A stretch of DNA of 58,650 nucleotides from an uncultured Clostridium sp. (GTDB lineage Bacteria; Bacillota; Clostridia; TANB77; CAG-508). Within the stretch, counting starts at the first letter, position 1, and each line of letters starts with the position of its first letter. The stretch is taken from contig CAOKJE010000002.1 of NCBI GenBank assembly GCA_948468505.1, positions 1 to 58,650 of the forward strand, read 5' to 3'. The notes below the pieces were generated by a model. That model was not told the DNA's origin and searched no databases. It worked only from the letters and a program-made list of their open reading frames with translations. The translations under genes were made by a program, and so were the position numbers. Positions 22,374 to 34,263 of this stretch are shown piece by piece.

Positions 22374-23070
22374 ATGAATAAAAAAATTTGGCTAATCATA
22401 GCCATTCTATTAATGATACTAATTGTGGTTGGCATTTACTTTTACACCCAAAACACAAAACCTTCTAATAACGAAAATGATTATGAAGCAAACCGTACTT
22501 CTACTAGTACTTCTGAAAATAATGAAACCCAAACCGATGAAAATGCAAATCAAAATCTAGCAGAACAAACGCAAGGAATTACAGAAGCACAAAATGAACA
22601 ACCACCTGTTGTAGAAGAGCAAATAGCAACTTTTACTACTAAAATTTATTCCAATGACCCTGCTCGTCAAAATAATATTTCCATTACTTGTAACACTTTA
22701 AATGGAACAACCATTAACAATGGTGCTACCTTTTCTTTTTGTGGCACAGTAGGCCAATCCTCTACTAGTAAAGGCTATCAAAAAGCTGATATTTTTGATA
22801 AAAACGGAAACAAGAAAAAAGGCCTAGGTGGCCGGAAATTGTCAAATTAGTTCTACTTTATATAATGCTGTTTTAGCAGTTCCTACATTAGTGGTAACTG
22901 AAAGACACGCTCATAGTAATTACGTGCCTTACATTGCCAAAGGAAAAGATGCTGCTGTTGCTTATGGTAGTTATGACCTTAAATTTAGAAACGACTCTGG
23001 GAATACCATAAAAATCCTTGCTTCTACCGATGGTAGTTCTGTTACTACTACTTTAGTAGCTTTAAAATAA
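22374..23070 (+). CDS. VanW family protein (CGG +1 site at 22833..22835)
   Basis: Signal/anchor MNKKIWLIIAILLMILIVV. KGLGG then ggc CGG aaa. The +1 frame gives GNCQISSTLYNAVL, the VanW GGG.CQ.SSTLYNA motif. Confidence 0.8.
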
Positions 23071-23079
23071 TATGGATTG

Positions 23080-24206
23080 TTATTTCTCAACAATAAATGC
23101 ATTTGGTAAATATCGCTCTCCAATTGGAGTAGACGTTTTATTTACCACTTTGCCATCATAATACATAGTAGCAGAAGACCCTCCATCTAAGTTTGCTGCA
23201 TTGTAAGCACCATACTTTTCAAATATATTTTGCAACTCTAAAAGATTAGTTCCTATACTATAACCGGGGTTGTCTTCCATCAATGGAAACAAAAATAAAG
23301 GTACCATCTTGTTTTTGTCCAATTGCCATTCTAGGATGTAATCCCCCTGCTGTTGAATTTTTTATTTGATTTTTACCATTTACAATAATAAATGGTCCGA
23401 AATTCAACAGCAGATTCTATTCCAGCGTCAAGCGCTTCTTGATAATTATATTTTCCTAGTACTAATTTATTATCCTCACTTAAACCAATTAAACTATATC
23501 TTGTTGTCTTGTTTCCAAATAGCAGTTTTTTATTCATAATAACCGTATCTACCAAAACATTTCCTGCCCCATTTCCTTCTGGATCGTAAAATCCTCCTGC
23601 ATTAATTCCTCCTAAGGCATTATTTTGTTTTACTATTTCACTTAATTTGGAACCTCTTCCAGATTTTCTTCCATCCACCAATTTTACCTTAGAGGCATCT
23701 GGCACTTGCATTACATATCCTACATAGCCTTTCCCTGTTATTTTTTCTATCGTAGGCTCTTTATTTTCTATTTCTACTACCATAATATTGTCAGAATCAG
23801 AGTTTTCATTGTTTTCTACCTCTAGTTTTTTCATAATTTCTTCAATTTCCTCGTCTGATAAAAACCAAGTTGCTAAATATTGATGGTTCATGGTTGTCAT
23901 AGCTGTTTGTACCCACAATTCTTTGTATTCTTGAAATAAGTCTGTTTTAAAAAACAAATAAATGGCGGTTAATCCTAAAAAAATTAAAATAAAAAGTACT
24001 TTAAAAGCGATAAAAAACTTATGTTTTAAACTTTTTCTCTTTTTTTCTTTTTTCATGGATGGCTTTTGGGATTGTTTTGGTATCTCCTCTTGTTGTTTTG
24101 GTAATTCTTCTTGTTTCTCTTCTTTTTTTACTGCTGCTATTCTGTCTAAATTTTTCTTTCTGATTTCTGCTTTCCTATTTTTTGTATCCTTTGTATCTAC
24201 CTTCAT
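23080..24206 (-). CDS. phosphodiester glycosidase (NAGPA/DUF2233) family protein, paralogue 1 (CGG +1 sites at 23397..23399 and 23264..23266)
   Basis: Three ORF pieces join as ...ESAVEF-G-PFIIVNGKNQIKNSTAGGLHPRMAIGQKQDGTFIFVSIDGRQP-G-YSIGTNLLELQ...NLDGGSSATM. Confidence 0.78.
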
Positions 24207-24270
24207 TTTTTACTCCATCTTTGTATTTTTTAACTTTTTAATTTTATCATATTTTAAATATTTTTTCAAA

Positions 24271-25288
24271 TTATTTTTCAACAATAAAAGCATTTGGTAA
24301 ATATCGCTCTCCAAGAAGTTCTGATGGTTTACTAACTAATTCACCATCAAAGCACATTCCTGCTGAGTAGCCGCCATCTAAGTTTGCTGCATTATAAGCA
24401 TCATATCTTTCAAATATAGTTTGCAATTCTAGAAGATTTGTCCCAATACTATAACCGGGGTTGTCGTCCATCAATTACAACTAAAATCATGGTTCCATCT
24501 TTTCTTTGTCCAATTGCTGTTCTTGGGTGTATCCCCCCTGAATTTGCATTTTGAATTTGTTTGTTTCCATTTACAATTAGATATGGTCCAAATTTGATTG
24601 CATCTTCAATTCCAGCATTAAGAGCTTCTTGATAGTTGTACCTTCCTAATATTAACTTTCCACTTTTGTCTAATCCAATTAGACTTGCACTCGTTTCTCT
24701 TTCTCCATTTAACAATTCTTTGTTCATAATAACAGTATCTAATAATATATTCCCCATGCCTTTTCCTTGTGGATCCACATATCCTCCTGCATTGATAGCA
24801 CCAATCGCATTATATTTTTCTACAATTTCTGTTAATTTTAGCCCTCTATCTTCTATTCTAGTGTCAACTAATTTTACTTTGGAAGCATCTGGAACTATCA
24901 TAACATAACCTACATACCCTGCTCCTGTTATTTTTTCCAGCGTTACTTCTCCCTCGTTTTTTTTGATTACAACTCCTGAAGAATCTGAGTTTTCATTGTT
25001 TTCTACTTCTAGTTTTTTCATAATTTCTTCAATTTCCTCGTCTGATAAAAACCAAGTTGCTAAATATTGGTGACTCATGGTTGTCATGGCTGTTTGTACC
25101 CATAGTTCTTTATAACTTTGAAATAAATTTGTTTTAAAAAATAAAATGATAAATGTAATTACCAAAACAACAAATGACATTACTATTTTTAAACATAAAA
25201 ATAGCTTTTGTTTGGTTGTTCTTTTCTTTTTTTCTTCCTGTTTTTCTTCTTTTTTAATCTTTTTCTTTATTAACGTAATTAAATTCAT
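24271..25288 (-). CDS. phosphodiester glycosidase (NAGPA/DUF2233) family protein, paralogue 2 (CGG +1 site at 24455..24457)
   Basis: ...VIDGRQP-G-YSIGTNLLELQTIF...NLDGGYSAGM after ccc CGG tta. The site homologous to 23397 is an ordinary ttt gga. Confidence 0.78.
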
Positions 25289-25437
25289 TTCTTACTTCAT
25301 TCCTTTTTCATTTTTTATCCATCTTATTTAAGTTTACCATAATTTCCTTATTTTTTCAAGTATGCCCTTAAGGTATCAATTTATCTCTTAGTCATATTCT
25401 ATTTTTTCATGAATACTTTTAAATTGGAGGGATATTT

Positions 25438-26727
25438 ATGCAAAAAATAAAATTATCAATTTCTTTTTTTCTTAGTATGCTACTTATTTTTTCTTTTACC
25501 ATGCCTTGCTTTGCAGAAGAAACTACCTATGTATGGTCAAGCACTTCTACTCCTGTTAGTGCTACTGTTACACAAAATCAAACTAACACGCTTGCCACCA
25601 ATTCAACTGAAGACAATGAGAAAGAAACTGAGAAAAGCACAACTTCTAATATGTTAAACTTAGAATCAGCCTCAGCTGTCTTAATAGAACAAACCACTGG
25701 TCAAGTTTTATTTGAACACAACCCACATGAAAGTTTACGTCCTGCTTCCGTCACAAAAGTTATGAGTATTTTATTAATTATGGAAGCCTTAGACAATCGG
25801 TACCATTTCTTTAACAGATACCATCCCTTGTAGTGAAAATGCCGCTTCTATGGGTGGTTCCCAAATTTGGTTAGACCCACGAGAAACCTTAACTGTTGAT
25901 GAAATGCTAAAAGCCATTTGTGTCGCCTCTGCTAATGATTGTGTGGTTGCTATGGCAGAGTATCTTGGTGGTAGCGAGGAAGGCTTTGTTCAAATGATGA
26001 ACGATAAAGCAAAAATATTAGGCATGAATGATACTACCTTCAAAAACTGTCATGGTTTAGACGAAGAACGGTCATGTTACCTCTAGTTATGACATAGCCT
26101 TAATGTCAAAAGAACTATTAAACAATCACCCTGATGTAACAAAATATACAACTATCTGGACTGATAGCTTACGTGATGGAAAATCTCGGACTTAGTAATA
26201 CCAATAAACTAATTCGAACTTATAAAGGAGCAACTGGTTTAAAAACTGGCTCTACTGGGTTAGCCTTATATAACTTATCTGCCAGTGCTACTCGTGATGA
26301 CTTATCTTTAATTGCTGTTATCATGAAAGCACCTTCGACGGCAGTTCGTTTTGCAGAGGCTCAAAAATTGTTAGACTATGGCTTTAGTACTTTTTCTTTT
26401 AAACAATTCGGAAAAAAAGAAGAAGTCGTAAAATCTTTAACTGTTACTAAAGGTGTTCGTTCTTCTGTTGATGCTATTTTACAAGATAACGCAGGTACTT
26501 TGATTGAAAAAGGAAAAGATAAAAATATAGAACAGAATTTAATACTAGAAGAAAATATTTCAGCTCCTATTGCTTCTGGTCAAAAATTAGGCGAAGTTTC
26601 CTTTTCTTTAGATGGTAAGACTTTGTCTACCGTTAATATTGTAGCAAAAAGTGATGTGGAAAAACTGAATTTATTTACGATGTCTAAGAAGGTGATTTAT
26701 TCATGGATTGATTTGCTTAGAAGTTAA
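25438..26727 (+). CDS. D-alanyl-D-alanine carboxypeptidase (S11, PBP5/6-like) with three CGG +1 sites (25798, 26069, 26187)
   Basis: Signal peptide, SVTK (SxxK), SAND (SxN) and KTGST (KTG). Junctions: EALDN-G-TISLTDTIPCSENAASMGGSQIWL; GLDEE-G-HVTSSYDIALMSKELL; LRDGKS-G-LSNTNKLIRTYKGATGLKTG. Confidence 0.9.
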
Positions 26728-26738
26728 GTGTTAAAAAA

Positions 26739-26782
26739 CAAGTAAAAAATCGTACATTTTAATTGGTACGATTTTTTACTTG
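26739..26782. terminator. bidirectional intrinsic terminator between convergent genes
   Basis: Perfect 17-bp inverted repeat CAAGTAAAAAATCGTAC / GTACGATTTTTTACTTG with a 10-nt loop, flanked by A-run and T-run. Confidence 0.7.
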
Positions 26783-26808
26783 TTTTTATTTAATAATATA
26801 AATTTTCT

Positions 26809-27658
26809 TTAAAAAGAAACATACTTATAAACCGCTTCTGCAAACCCACTATTATCCACCGTATTTACTGTTGTAAATTTGGCTACTTTTTTCACTTCCT
26901 CATAAGCATTAGCAACTGCCACCCCAATCCCAGAAGTTTTTAGCATGCCAATATCATTCAAATTGTCACCAATTGCCATAACCTGAGAAGAAGAAAGCTT
27001 TAAATAATCAGATAAAATTGCCAGTGCCTCTTCTTTATTGGTTTTACTTGGTGCAATATCTAAATATTCGTATTCTTTGTCAATTACTTTATCTTTATAC
27101 TGTTTTGATTTATTAATACGAAAAACACTTACATCCATTTGTTGTAACTCCTTTTGTATTGTTTCTAAATGAAAAGGGCTCGAAATAACAGCCTTAAAAA
27201 CTGTTGGGTTATTTTTTTTCATATACTCTTCTATATTGGGAACCACTTTAAATTCTAAATCATTAGGAAAAATACTATCTTTTAGTTGGAAATTTCTCAA
27301 ATCCATATACATAAGTTTTGGTGTAATCACTTCATTTTCTGTATAAAAATGAATATGTAATCTTTCTTTTTTAGCTAATTCTAAGCAAAATTCGACTTGT
27401 TTACCTGTTAAAGTTTTTCGAAAAATTTCTTTTCCGGCTTTGTAAATCTATAATTTGATTTCCATTTCCAAAAATGCCATAGCCTGCTTGTAGTTCTTTA
27501 CAAAATTTTTTTACCATGGCATAGGGTTTTCCTGTGCAAATGGCAAAATTAATATGAGAAGCCTTCATGTCGTGAACTGCTTTTAAATTTTTTGGTGTTA
27601 GGCTGTTTTTTTCTCCTATTATCGTTCCATCAATATCACTTGCTACTAATCGTATCAC
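26809..27658 (-). CDS. Cof-type HAD-IIB phosphatase (CGG +1 site at 27434..27436)
   Basis: DIDGT motif at the N-terminus (GTG start), GDNLNDIGM near the C-terminus. Junction IIDLQS-G-KEIFRKTLTGKQVEFCLELAKKERLHIHFYTENEVITPKLMYMD. Confidence 0.8.
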
Positions 27659-27781
27659 AGCTTTCCTCCTTGGCTTTTGTTTCCTTATTTAGCTCATTAT
27701 ATCATTTGATAAAATAACTTGCAAGTTAGAAATAAAATTTAAATGACTTAAATTAGAAATTTTCTAACTTAAGTCATTTTT

Positions 27782-28381
27782 TTACTCATCCTCCATTGTT
27801 TCGTCATATTCAAATTCGTATGTCACTTCTTCTTTTTCTGGTCTCTTAGCCTTTTTTACTTCCTCTTCTATTTTATTTTCAATTGCCTTTTTATCCTCTT
27901 CTTCTTTCTTCATACTTTTATTGTGCTTATTTTGCATTTCCTTTAAAATCTTTTGTGTTTCCTCTTTACGGTTTTGCATACAACGGTTCATAATATTGTT
28001 CGTTTTTTCAATTAAATCTGGCACATAATCTAATAGCTTGTCTAAAGAAGAAGAATGATTTACTGGCATTAATTTTACATTATTGGATTGAATTACTAAA
28101 AAAGCAATTGGATTAATCGTCACGCCTGCGCCACTTCCACCTCCAAATGGTAAACGATATTGGATAGCTTCTTCTTTATCTTTTTTTGTATATTCGTCAA
28201 TCGTTTCGCCTTTAAATTCACTTCCACCTGCTGCAAACCCAAATGATACTTTAGATATTGGTATAATGACAATGTTGTTAGAAGTTTCAATCGGTTCTCC
28301 AATAATGGTATTTACATCAATCATATCTTGAATGCTATTCATAGCTGTAATCATAAGCCCCTCGATTGGATGCTCGCTCAT
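27782..28381 (-). CDS. ytfJ: sporulation protein YtfJ (GerW family)
   Basis: 199 aa. HPIEGLM...IIGEPIE...IIPISKVSFGFAAGGSEF...GGGSGAGV.INPIAFLV pattern typical of YtfJ. Confidence 0.8.
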   Translation of the reverse strand: MSEHPIEGLMITAMNSIQDMIDVNTIIGEPIETSNNIVIIPISKVSFGFAAGGSEFKGETIDEYTKKDKEEAIQYRLPFGGGSGAGVTINPIAFLVIQSNNVKLMPVNHSSSLDKLLDYVPDLIEKTNNIMNRCMQNRKEETQKILKEMQNKHNKSMKKEEEDKKAIENKIEEEVKKAKRPEKEEVTYEFEYDETMEDE

Positions 28382-28961
28382 ATTTCTTCACTCCTTTTTT
28401 TCCTTTTTTTATAAAAATGTAAATGATATTTATAATATGCCTCATTTTGATTTCAAATATACCTGAAAAATCTATCTTTACCAAATTTTGATTTTGATAA
28501 ATGGGATTTACAATAAATCTTTGCTTTTCCAATCGGTTTGTTTTTTTACGCAAATAAATCCCAAAAAAAGTTGCTATTGCTGGCGTTATAATAGAAGTTA
28601 ATGTGGCACTTATCGTTCCTATATCAATCCATAAATCTAGTTTTCTTATCGACAAATCTAATTTTTTAATAGCTTGTAAAATTTCTTTATTTAAAGTAGG
28701 TGTATTTTCTAAAGCCAAAAAATCTATTTGTTTAATTTTTTCTTTTAATCTCATTTTATCTAGTTTTTCTTTATTAATCGTTATTTTTAAAACAGGAAAA
28801 ATCCCTAATATAATCCATTTTATTTGTATTTGATATTCTTGATTTAAATGTCTTATCGCTAAAGAATGAAATTTAATATTTGCTATTTCAATTCGTATTT
28901 TCGATAAAACAAAAATAATTACTAACAGCAAAACAATTAACAAAATAAAAAGAAAAGCCAA
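28335..28961 (-). CDS. DUF2953-like membrane protein (YtfI-like)
   Basis: 208-aa ORF with an N-terminal TM helix, directly upstream of ytfJ as in the Bacillus ytfI-ytfJ pair. Confidence 0.55.
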   Translation of the reverse strand: MAFLFILLIVLLLVIIFVLSKIRIEIANIKFHSLAIRHLNQEYQIQIKWIILGIFPVLKITINKEKLDKMRLKEKIKQIDFLALENTPTLNKEILQAIKKLDLSIRKLDLWIDIGTISATLTSIITPAIATFFGIYLRKKTNRLEKQRFIVNPIYQNQNLVKIDFSGIFEIKMRHIINIIYIFIKKGKKGVKKYERASNRGAYDYSYE

Positions 28962-29026
28962 TTAAGCTCGCCTCCTTTAGGTAGCCTTTTTATTAGCTTT
29001 TCCATTTTTTTCTTATTTATACTAAA

Positions 29027-29779
29027 CTAGCCTGCTTTCTTGGACTTTTCTACTGTAATATCACCAAACAGTTCCTCTTGCGTTGTTTCTACTTTACTTC
29101 TTCTTGACAACTCTAATAATCCTGAAAAAGCTGTAACCACTTCTTGTCTATTATGTTGTTTTAAAGAAAATAATTTATTAAAAACAAATCTTTTTTGTTT
29201 AACCAAAACTTTAAACATCTCCTTAACCTTGCTAGCTACTGTATAATTATCGGTAATCGCAATTTTTTCGATATTCTTTGCATTTTGATTTAACTTTACA
29301 CTATTTCTTGCAATTAATTTTTTATAAATATCTGGTATCAACGTCTTTTCATAATTTTTTTCTAACTTTTGCTTTGGCAAAGCAATTTCCTCTTGCCCTT
29401 TAAAATATCTTCTTGAAAAGTCAAGATAATTCTTTTTAAAAACTTTGCTAATCTCTTTAAACTTCTTATACTCAATAATTCTACGAATCAACTCTTCTTC
29501 TGTTATTTCTTCTTCTTCCTCTTCTTGCTTTGGTAACAAATTCTTAGACTTTAAGTATAGTAACGTAGAAGCCATTACCAAAAATTCACTTGCAATTTCC
29601 AAATTTAACCTTTCTTGTTCTTTTAAATACTGCACATATTGATCTGTAATTTCACTTAAATTAATCTCATAAATATCCATTTTATTTTTATCAATCAAGT
29701 GGCACAATAAATCTAATGGACCTTCAAAATTATCTATTTTAATTGCATATTTTTTTGTTTCTAATGTTAGTATTGCCAT
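29027..29779 (-). CDS. scpA: segregation and condensation protein A
   Basis: 250 aa. FEGPLDLLCHLI.KNKMDIYEI.LSEITDQY at the N-terminus is the ScpA signature. Confidence 0.85.
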   Translation of the reverse strand: MAILTLETKKYAIKIDNFEGPLDLLCHLIDKNKMDIYEINLSEITDQYVQYLKEQERLNLEIASEFLVMASTLLYLKSKNLLPKQEEEEEEITEEELIRRIIEYKKFKEISKVFKKNYLDFSRRYFKGQEEIALPKQKLEKNYEKTLIPDIYKKLIARNSVKLNQNAKNIEKIAITDNYTVASKVKEMFKVLVKQKRFVFNKLFSLKQHNRQEVVTAFSGLLELSRRSKVETTQEELFGDITVEKSKKAG

Positions 29780-29793
29780 ATCTTTTCTTCTCC

Positions 29794-29852
29794 TTTTTGT
29801 CGTGTTTTGGGACAGGCACCATCATACCCCTTTTGTCGTGTTTTGGGACAGG
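29794..29852. repeat. tandem direct repeat (2 copies, 36-bp period) of TTTTGTCGTGTTTTGGGACAGG
   Basis: Copies at 29794..29816 and 29830..29852 in the scpA upstream intergenic region. Relatively GC-rich compared with the surroundings. Confidence 0.8.
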
Positions 29853-29858
29853 TCTATT

Positions 29859-30483
29859 TTAATCTTCTTCCTTAAAATTTAATTTGTTTATAGTTTCTTT
29901 TCCTATTATTGTATTAGCAAATTCTCTTAATTCGTTCCATAATAAGATTTGTCCTCTATGGTGGACATCCATTCCATATAAAACTTTTATGTTATAATCA
30001 GCTGCAATTTCCCAAAAACCTTTACAAGGGTATATTACATTTTTTAGTTTTTCTTTTTGTTGTTGAATGGTATCGTGGTTATATTGTTTATTTTCATAAT
30101 AGGTAGTATTAAATATGTTGTTTAAGTTGATTTCTAATGGAATATTATATTTTTTAGCTGATTTACAAATCATGTGTGCTACTTTTGCTTCTACTTCTCC
30201 AAAACTTTTTCTGCTTTTCATGAAAATATCCTGTTTTGATTTCGATTTTATCTTGATATTTTTCTTTTAATTTTTTTATGCTTTCTAGATATTCTGTCTT
30301 TTGGCTGTATTTCATTCGTACATTTTCTCTTGTATCAATTTCGTTTTTTTCTGGACAATGGTCTGTAAAAGCTATTTTTTGAAATCCCATTTTGATATAT
30401 TCTAATACATATTCTTCGTCTAGTACGTCTAAATCTGCATGTCCACAACGATATGTATGTTGATGGTAGTTGAATTTTTGCAT
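29859..30483 (-). pseudogene. PHP-family (histidinol-phosphatase-like) protein split by a +1 frame change that is NOT at a CGG
   Basis: N-terminal HQHTYRCGHA motif in ORF 30163..30483. The C-terminal half (YGMDVHH) lies in ORF 29859..30221, one frame over. The overlap window is A/T-homopolymer rich and has no CGG. Confidence 0.5.
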
Positions 30484-30930
30484 TATAATTCCTCCATTAC
30501 TTGATTAATATTTTCTATTTTATATCCTTTTTTGATTAAATATTGTTTGATTTCTTGTGGCTCCATTGTGCTTGCTTTTTTGTAAAAAATGTTTTTAGCT
30601 GATTGCCTTTCATATTCTTCTAATTCTTCTTTATTTTCATAAATATAGTCTTCTACATCGTTTTTATTTAGCCCTTTTGGCAGTAGCTTATATTGTATTT
30701 CTTTTATCGATAAGTTTTTAACTTGCATAAAATTGTGAATGGTTTTTTCTAAAAAATCGTTATCGTTGATGTATCCGCACTTCTTTTAAGTATTCTATGA
30801 TGTCTTCCAACATGTTTTCTTCTACTGTCCCAGCAAATTTTTTTCGTATTTCTTGCTCGGTTCTTTTTTTGTATAGAATATATTTTAAGACTCTTGTTTT
30901 TTCTTTGTCAAATTCTTCTATTGTGTACAT
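30483..30930 (-). CDS. recX: recombination regulator RecX (CGG +1 site at 30775..30777)
   Basis: MYTIEEFDKEKTRVLKYILYKKRTEQEIRKKF...EYLKEV-G-YINDNDFLEKTIHNFMQVKNLSIKEI... is RecX-like helical repeats. Immediately downstream of recA. Confidence 0.75.
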
Positions 30931-31010
30931 TTTGTTTTCCTTTCTTATATTTCTATTTTCACATTTTACTATAAATCTTTGAAAATAGCAAGGTATTTTA
31001 TGTAAAAAAA

Positions 31011-31050
31011 GAGCCTAAGATTGGCTACGCATAACTTAGGCTCTTTTTTT
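31011..31050 (-). terminator. intrinsic terminator after recA
   Basis: GAGCCTAAG / CTTAGGCTC stem flanked by A7 and T7 runs. Confidence 0.65.
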
Positions 31051-31059
31051 ACTACTATT

Positions 31060-32110
31060 CTATTCTTCCTCTTCGTCTTCACCATTTGGTAATTCTTCTC
31101 CCAGACTTTGCTCAAAAGCTTTAGCAAAGTCTTGCCTTACTTTTTCTTCTACTTCTTTTAACATGTCTGGATTGTCTTTTAGATATTTTTTAACATTTTC
31201 TCGACCTTGTCCAATTCTTTCGCCATTATAGCTAAACCATGAACCAGCTTTTTCGATAATGTCTAAGTTTACTGCCATATCTAAAATGTTACCCGCTTTT
31301 GAGATACCTTCTCCATAAACAACATCGAATTCAGCCTCTCTAAAAGGTGGCGCTACTTTGTTTTTTACGACTTTAACGCGAACTCGATTTCCTTTAAATT
31401 CTCCATCTTGTTTGATGTTTTCTATTTTTCTAATGTCCATTCTAACAGAGGCATAGAATTTTAAAGCTCTTCCTCCTGTTGTTGTTTCTGGGTTTCCAAA
31501 CATAACTCCTATTTTTTCTCTTAATTGGTTGATAAAAATTAATACTGTTTTTGTTTTGTTTAAGGCTCCTGCTAGCTTTCTTAAAGCTTGTGACATAAGT
31601 CTTGCTTGAAGTCCCATGTGTGAGTCTCCCATGTCTCCATCTATTTCAGCTTTTGGTACTAATGCTGCTACAGAGTCTACGACAATAACGTCTAAGGCTC
31701 CACTTCTTACTAAGCTTTCTGTGATTTCTAGTGCTTGTTCTCCTGTGTCTGGCTGTGATACGATTAGGTTATCGATATCGACTCCTAATTTTTTAGCATA
31801 TACTGGGTCTAAAGCATGTTCTGCATCGATAAATGCTGCTTCTCCTCCCATTTTTTGTGCTTCTGCTACTACATGTAGAGCTAAGGTTGTTTTACCAGAA
31901 GATTCTGGTCCATAGACTTCTATAATTCTTCCTCTTGGAACTCCTCCAATTCCTAATGCGATGTCAAGGCTTAAAGCTCCTGTTGGTATCGCTTCTATTT
32001 CCATTGCTTTAAATTCTCCGTAATTTCATGACTGACCCTTTTCCAAATTGTTTTTCAATTTGACTCATTGCCATTTCTAGTGCTTTCTTTTTTTCTGTAT
32101 TTTCTCCCAT
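31060..32110 (-). CDS. recA: recombinase RecA (CGG +1 site at 32018..32020)
   Basis: [56 protein letters not shown]..., Walker [10 protein letters not shown]. The N-terminal 30 codons are only connected through tta CGG aga. Confidence 0.95.
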
Positions 32111-32216
32111 TTGTTTTCCTCCTTAATTTTCTTAAACTTTTGTTTGGTATTCTTATTATATACCAAAAAAATGTTTTGTCAATACTTTTTTTAATTTTTT
32201 TCAAGTTTTTATACGT

Positions 32217-33804
32217 TTATTTGTACCAACTTTCTATTCCATAAAATTGATAAAACCAGTTTGGTGTAATTTCTCCTACTAAACCGAGAGTTATAGGCTA
32301 CTGTGTATTTATTGTTATATAAACTAATATATGGTGCATCTGTTTTATAGATTTCAGCTAATCGTGTGTATTTTTCTTTTAAAATCCCTTCATCTGTTGT
32401 ATTTTTCACTTCATTCATGATACTTACTACTTCTTCATTGGTGTAGTTTGCGATATTTCCTTCTCCAAAATAGGTAGTGAGATTTGGACTTGGTGAAAGC
32501 GTCATACTGCATAAGGCAATGTCATAATTTTTGCTATTAATACTGTTGTTGTATTGGTCATTGCTAGCTTGTACGATATTGACTGGAATTCCTCCGAGCT
32601 TGTAATTGTTGTTGAATATTTTCAGCAACGGCTATTTTACTACCATCACTTGCTTTTACTAGAAGATTTAAAGCTAATTTTTGCGTCTTATAATTTTCTG
32701 TTTTTTGCCAAGTTCCGTGAACGATAAACCCATCCGATTATCTGCTAATATTTGTTTTGCTTGCTCTACATTATAACCACTGCTTGCCTCTTGACCTGGT
32801 GATAAAAAGCTTCCATAGTCTAATGGAAAACTACTTGAAAAGCATTTATTGTCAAATACACTAGAAACAATATTTTCTTTGTCTATTGCATACGAAATTG
32901 CTTTTCTTACTTCTGATTTTGCCAAGAAATTATTTCCCATATTGAAGCTTAAAAAGGTATGTTCTCTTCCTTTTAGTTCCTTTGAACTATAACCAATCGT
33001 TCCTATGTATTCTTGTACATTGTCATTGTCTGTTGCAATTAAATCAATATTTCCTATTTTGAAACTGTTATATAATTCTCCAATGGAGGAATATAGATTA
33101 ACTGTGATTTTTTCAATGGTTAAGGATTTTTCTTTGTTCCACCATCCTTCATTTTTTTGTAAAATTAGATAAGATGGCTGAACTTCTGCAATTTTGTATT
33201 TTCCTGTTCCAGTTGGCGCACTATTTTTGGCTGTATTTACAAAATCTTCATTTTCGTAAAAATCCTTTGATAAGATAGGAAAGGTTAGTTGATATTCGTA
33301 AAATGGAATGTCTCTATCTAAATTAATTTTTACGGTATAATCGTCTACGATTTCTACCTCTGTTACATATTGCACATTGTACGAATAAATAGAAGATATT
33401 TCTTTTAGACGGTCAATGGTAAATCGAACATCTTCTGCTGTAAATCTTTGTCCTTCTGCCCATTTGACATTTTCTCTTAGTTTAATTAGGTATGAATTAT
33501 CACTTTGTTTTGCCCATTGGCTTGCTAAGGCTGGTTCTGCTTTATAATCTGCGGTTAATGTTACTAATGAATCGTAAATCAATTTTGAAATATCTTGTAC
33601 ATTTTTATTATTGCTAAGAATTGGATTTATCGTATCTAATCCAGCAATTCCTAGTGTTAATTCCGTGGTTTTTTCTTTTTGACTACTTACATATTCTAAT
33701 TCTTGCTGTTTTTCTTCTTCGTCTTTTCTAATTTTAAATATGGAAAATAGTAAAATTCCAATGATAAAAATAATAAAAATATATTTGATCCAATTTGATT
33801 TCAT
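32217..33804 (-). CDS. ABC transporter substrate-binding protein, family 5 (peptide/nickel type), with four CGG +1 sites (32734, 32715, 32594, 32284)
   Basis: Junctions: ILADN-G-WVYRS-G-TWQKTENYKTQKLALNLLVKASDGSKIAVAENIQQQLQA-G-GIPVNIVQASNDQ...TVAYNS-G-LVGEITPNWFYQFYGIESWYK. Confidence 0.8.
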
Positions 33805-33999
33805 ATTCCACCTCTATTCTTTTGTTATCATATCTTAAATTGATTGATTTTTCAAGTGCTTTCTTACAATTTTTGCAAATTTCTTCTTAAAATCGCTGCA
33901 CTTTTATGTAAAATATAGTAAAGGAACTTCTAACAAAAAAATCCAAGCTCGATAAAAGCCTGGATTTTTTACATTTTCTTATAATTCTTTTCCATTTTT

Positions 34000-34263
34000 C
34001 TAAACTCTTGACTCTACAATTAATTTGATACCAGTTCTATCTTCTCCTTCTACTTCTACCTCTGCAAATGCTGGTATACAAACTAAGTCCACTCCTGCTG
34101 GTGCAACAAACCCTCTTGCGATTGCCACTGCTTTTACTGCCTGATTTAGTGCTCCTGCTCCAATTGCTTGCATTTCTGCTTTGTTTGATTCTTTTACTAA
34201 TCCAGCAATTGCTCCTGCTACTGAATTAGGATTTGATTTGGATGAAATTTTTAAAACTTCCAT
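34000..34263 (-). CDS. spoVS: stage V sporulation protein S
   Basis: MEVLKISSKSNPNSVAGAIAG...AIGAGALNQAVKAVAIARGF is a near-canonical SpoVS sequence. Confidence 0.92.
   Translation of the reverse strand: MEVLKISSKSNPNSVAGAIAGLVKESNKAEMQAIGAGALNQAVKAVAIARGFVAPAGVDLVCIPAFAEVEVEGEDRTGIKLIVESRV

Noticed and set aside
28120-28302. 60-aa ORF inside ytfJ in another frame
   Set aside because: It is fully embedded in the well-supported ytfJ reading frame, on the same strand but in an alternative frame, with no independent signal.
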